From: Botryllus schlosseri
Lineage: Eukaryota
Reading direction: 5' to 3'
Assembly (NCBI GenBank): GCA_051294905.1
Contig: CM119382.1
Coordinates: 12,958,001 to 13,022,000, forward strand
Length of the DNA stretch: 64,000 nucleotides
Positions 62,881-64,000 of this stretch are shown here, piece after piece (within the stretch, counting starts at the first letter, position 1; each line of letters starts with the position of its first letter). The notes beneath the pieces were generated by a model that did no database searches, had not been told where the DNA came from, and saw only the letters and a program-made list of their open reading frames with translations. Position numbers and translations under genes: made by a program.

Positions 62881-63070
62881 CAATTACATTATTTCAGTTC
62901 AATTACAATTACAATTACAATTACTTTCATGCATGTTTTAATTACATTACAATTACAATTACTCCATGCTAAAAATATCAAATTACAATTACAATTACAA
63001 TTACTCCTTGCATGCTTCAATTACATTACAATTACAATTACAATTGCTGCTGTTGCACATGTAATTGAAT
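62881..63070. repeat. (ATTACA)n-rich element, probably a small MITE
   Basis: Four blocks of CAATTA repeats; CAATTAC at the start is inverted as GTAATTG at the end. Confidence 0.7.
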
Positions 63071-64000
63071 AATCATAAATTCAACCGTGCTCCTTGACAC
63101 CGTAGCGTCGTATTTAACAACAATTCAAGTCTAGTTCAGATTGTGTAGTAATAAATGCGTTTATGTGCGTACATAGTATGCTATGTAAGATGTCATTGTG
63201 ACGTAATATAAGCGTGTTTTGTATGCTCGGTAATTATGGCTCACGTAATTGGAAATGTAAAATGTTATTTACCTAATTTCCTATGGGTTAGGATTAAGGA
63301 TAGGGTGCAGTATGTCGTTGAAAAAGTATTTTAATATATGCACGTGTTGGATTTGCGTATATAGTATATAATTAAAGAAATAATATTATTTTTATCGAGG
63401 GACGTAGGAATTAGGATGAGGAGTAAAAACAAAACCGTGCTTTGTCAGATAAGACGTTATATAATATCCAGTGGTCTGGTTAGTTAGCCAGACGAATTAA
63501 CGATGCAGCATCGTGATCTGAAATCGCATTGTAGATTGCCAACCCACGGATAGATGCGCAAGATGTGAGTCACGGATGAATGCACCGACAAACGTACTGC
63601 AGAGTCGGCTAAAAGCAGCAAACTTTGTAGTCCTAGAGCTGGCGATCCATGCATCCAAATTTGATGCATCTGGTCTTTATCGTAAGCTATTGATGTACTA
63701 ATTCCGAAAATACAAAATAAAATCTCGTCAGGGCAATGTAACTGCTCCAAAATAGCCGTTTAAGGCCGACTGTTCTGAAAAGTGAGAGCGCTGCAGCAGC
63801 ATGACCGCAACAATTACCAATTACGCCCAGCGATTGTTCAGAACAATGCCGATTCCCAGACTTTCACGACTATTTTGAGATGGTACCATTGCCTGGAAAT
63901 ATACTTTTATTGCGGAATCAGTGCGACACTAGCTTTCGATTAGGACCATACATATCAAATTTCGACGCTTGGATCGCCAGCTATGGGACTATCAATTCTG

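Noticed and set aside
600-63300. ACGTG / CNS-midline-element sites suggesting Sim autoregulation
   Set aside because: Scattered single sites with no obvious clustering; expected by chance in 64 kb without conservation data

Overview
AT-rich eukaryotic genomic DNA with spliceosomal introns as short as 49-67 nt. It is probably an ascidian/tunicate or similar invertebrate deuterostome (inference only). Three co-oriented minus-strand protein-coding genes are present. (1) A complete single-minded (Sim) bHLH-PAS gene, 29739->4809, with 8 well-supported exons plus a candidate 48-nt micro-exon. (2) An uncharacterised multi-exon coiled-coil gene, about 57.3 kb->44165, with 13 phase-compatible exons and one unresolved junction. 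(3) The first two coding exons of an unidentified lysine-rich-N-terminus gene that runs off the left edge. Introns and intergenic DNA are packed with non-autonomous DNA transposons, mostly hAT-type MITEs, several with perfect 8-bp target-site duplications (TSDs). There are also tRNA-derived SINEs, a decayed hAT transposase C-terminus absent from the ORF track, and a satellite ending in a degenerate TTAGGG array. The most unusual observations are a 2.5-kb composite element bounded by ends from two different MITE copies inside one perfect TSD, and a C-GNA-G DNA mini-hairpin plus A/T tract shared by unrelated MITE families. SINEs also appear to prefer (A/C)CCAC target sites. No rRNA, intact tRNA, CRISPR array or intact autonomous transposon was seen. 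All alignments and coordinates were done by eye; family comparisons are from memory, not database searches.
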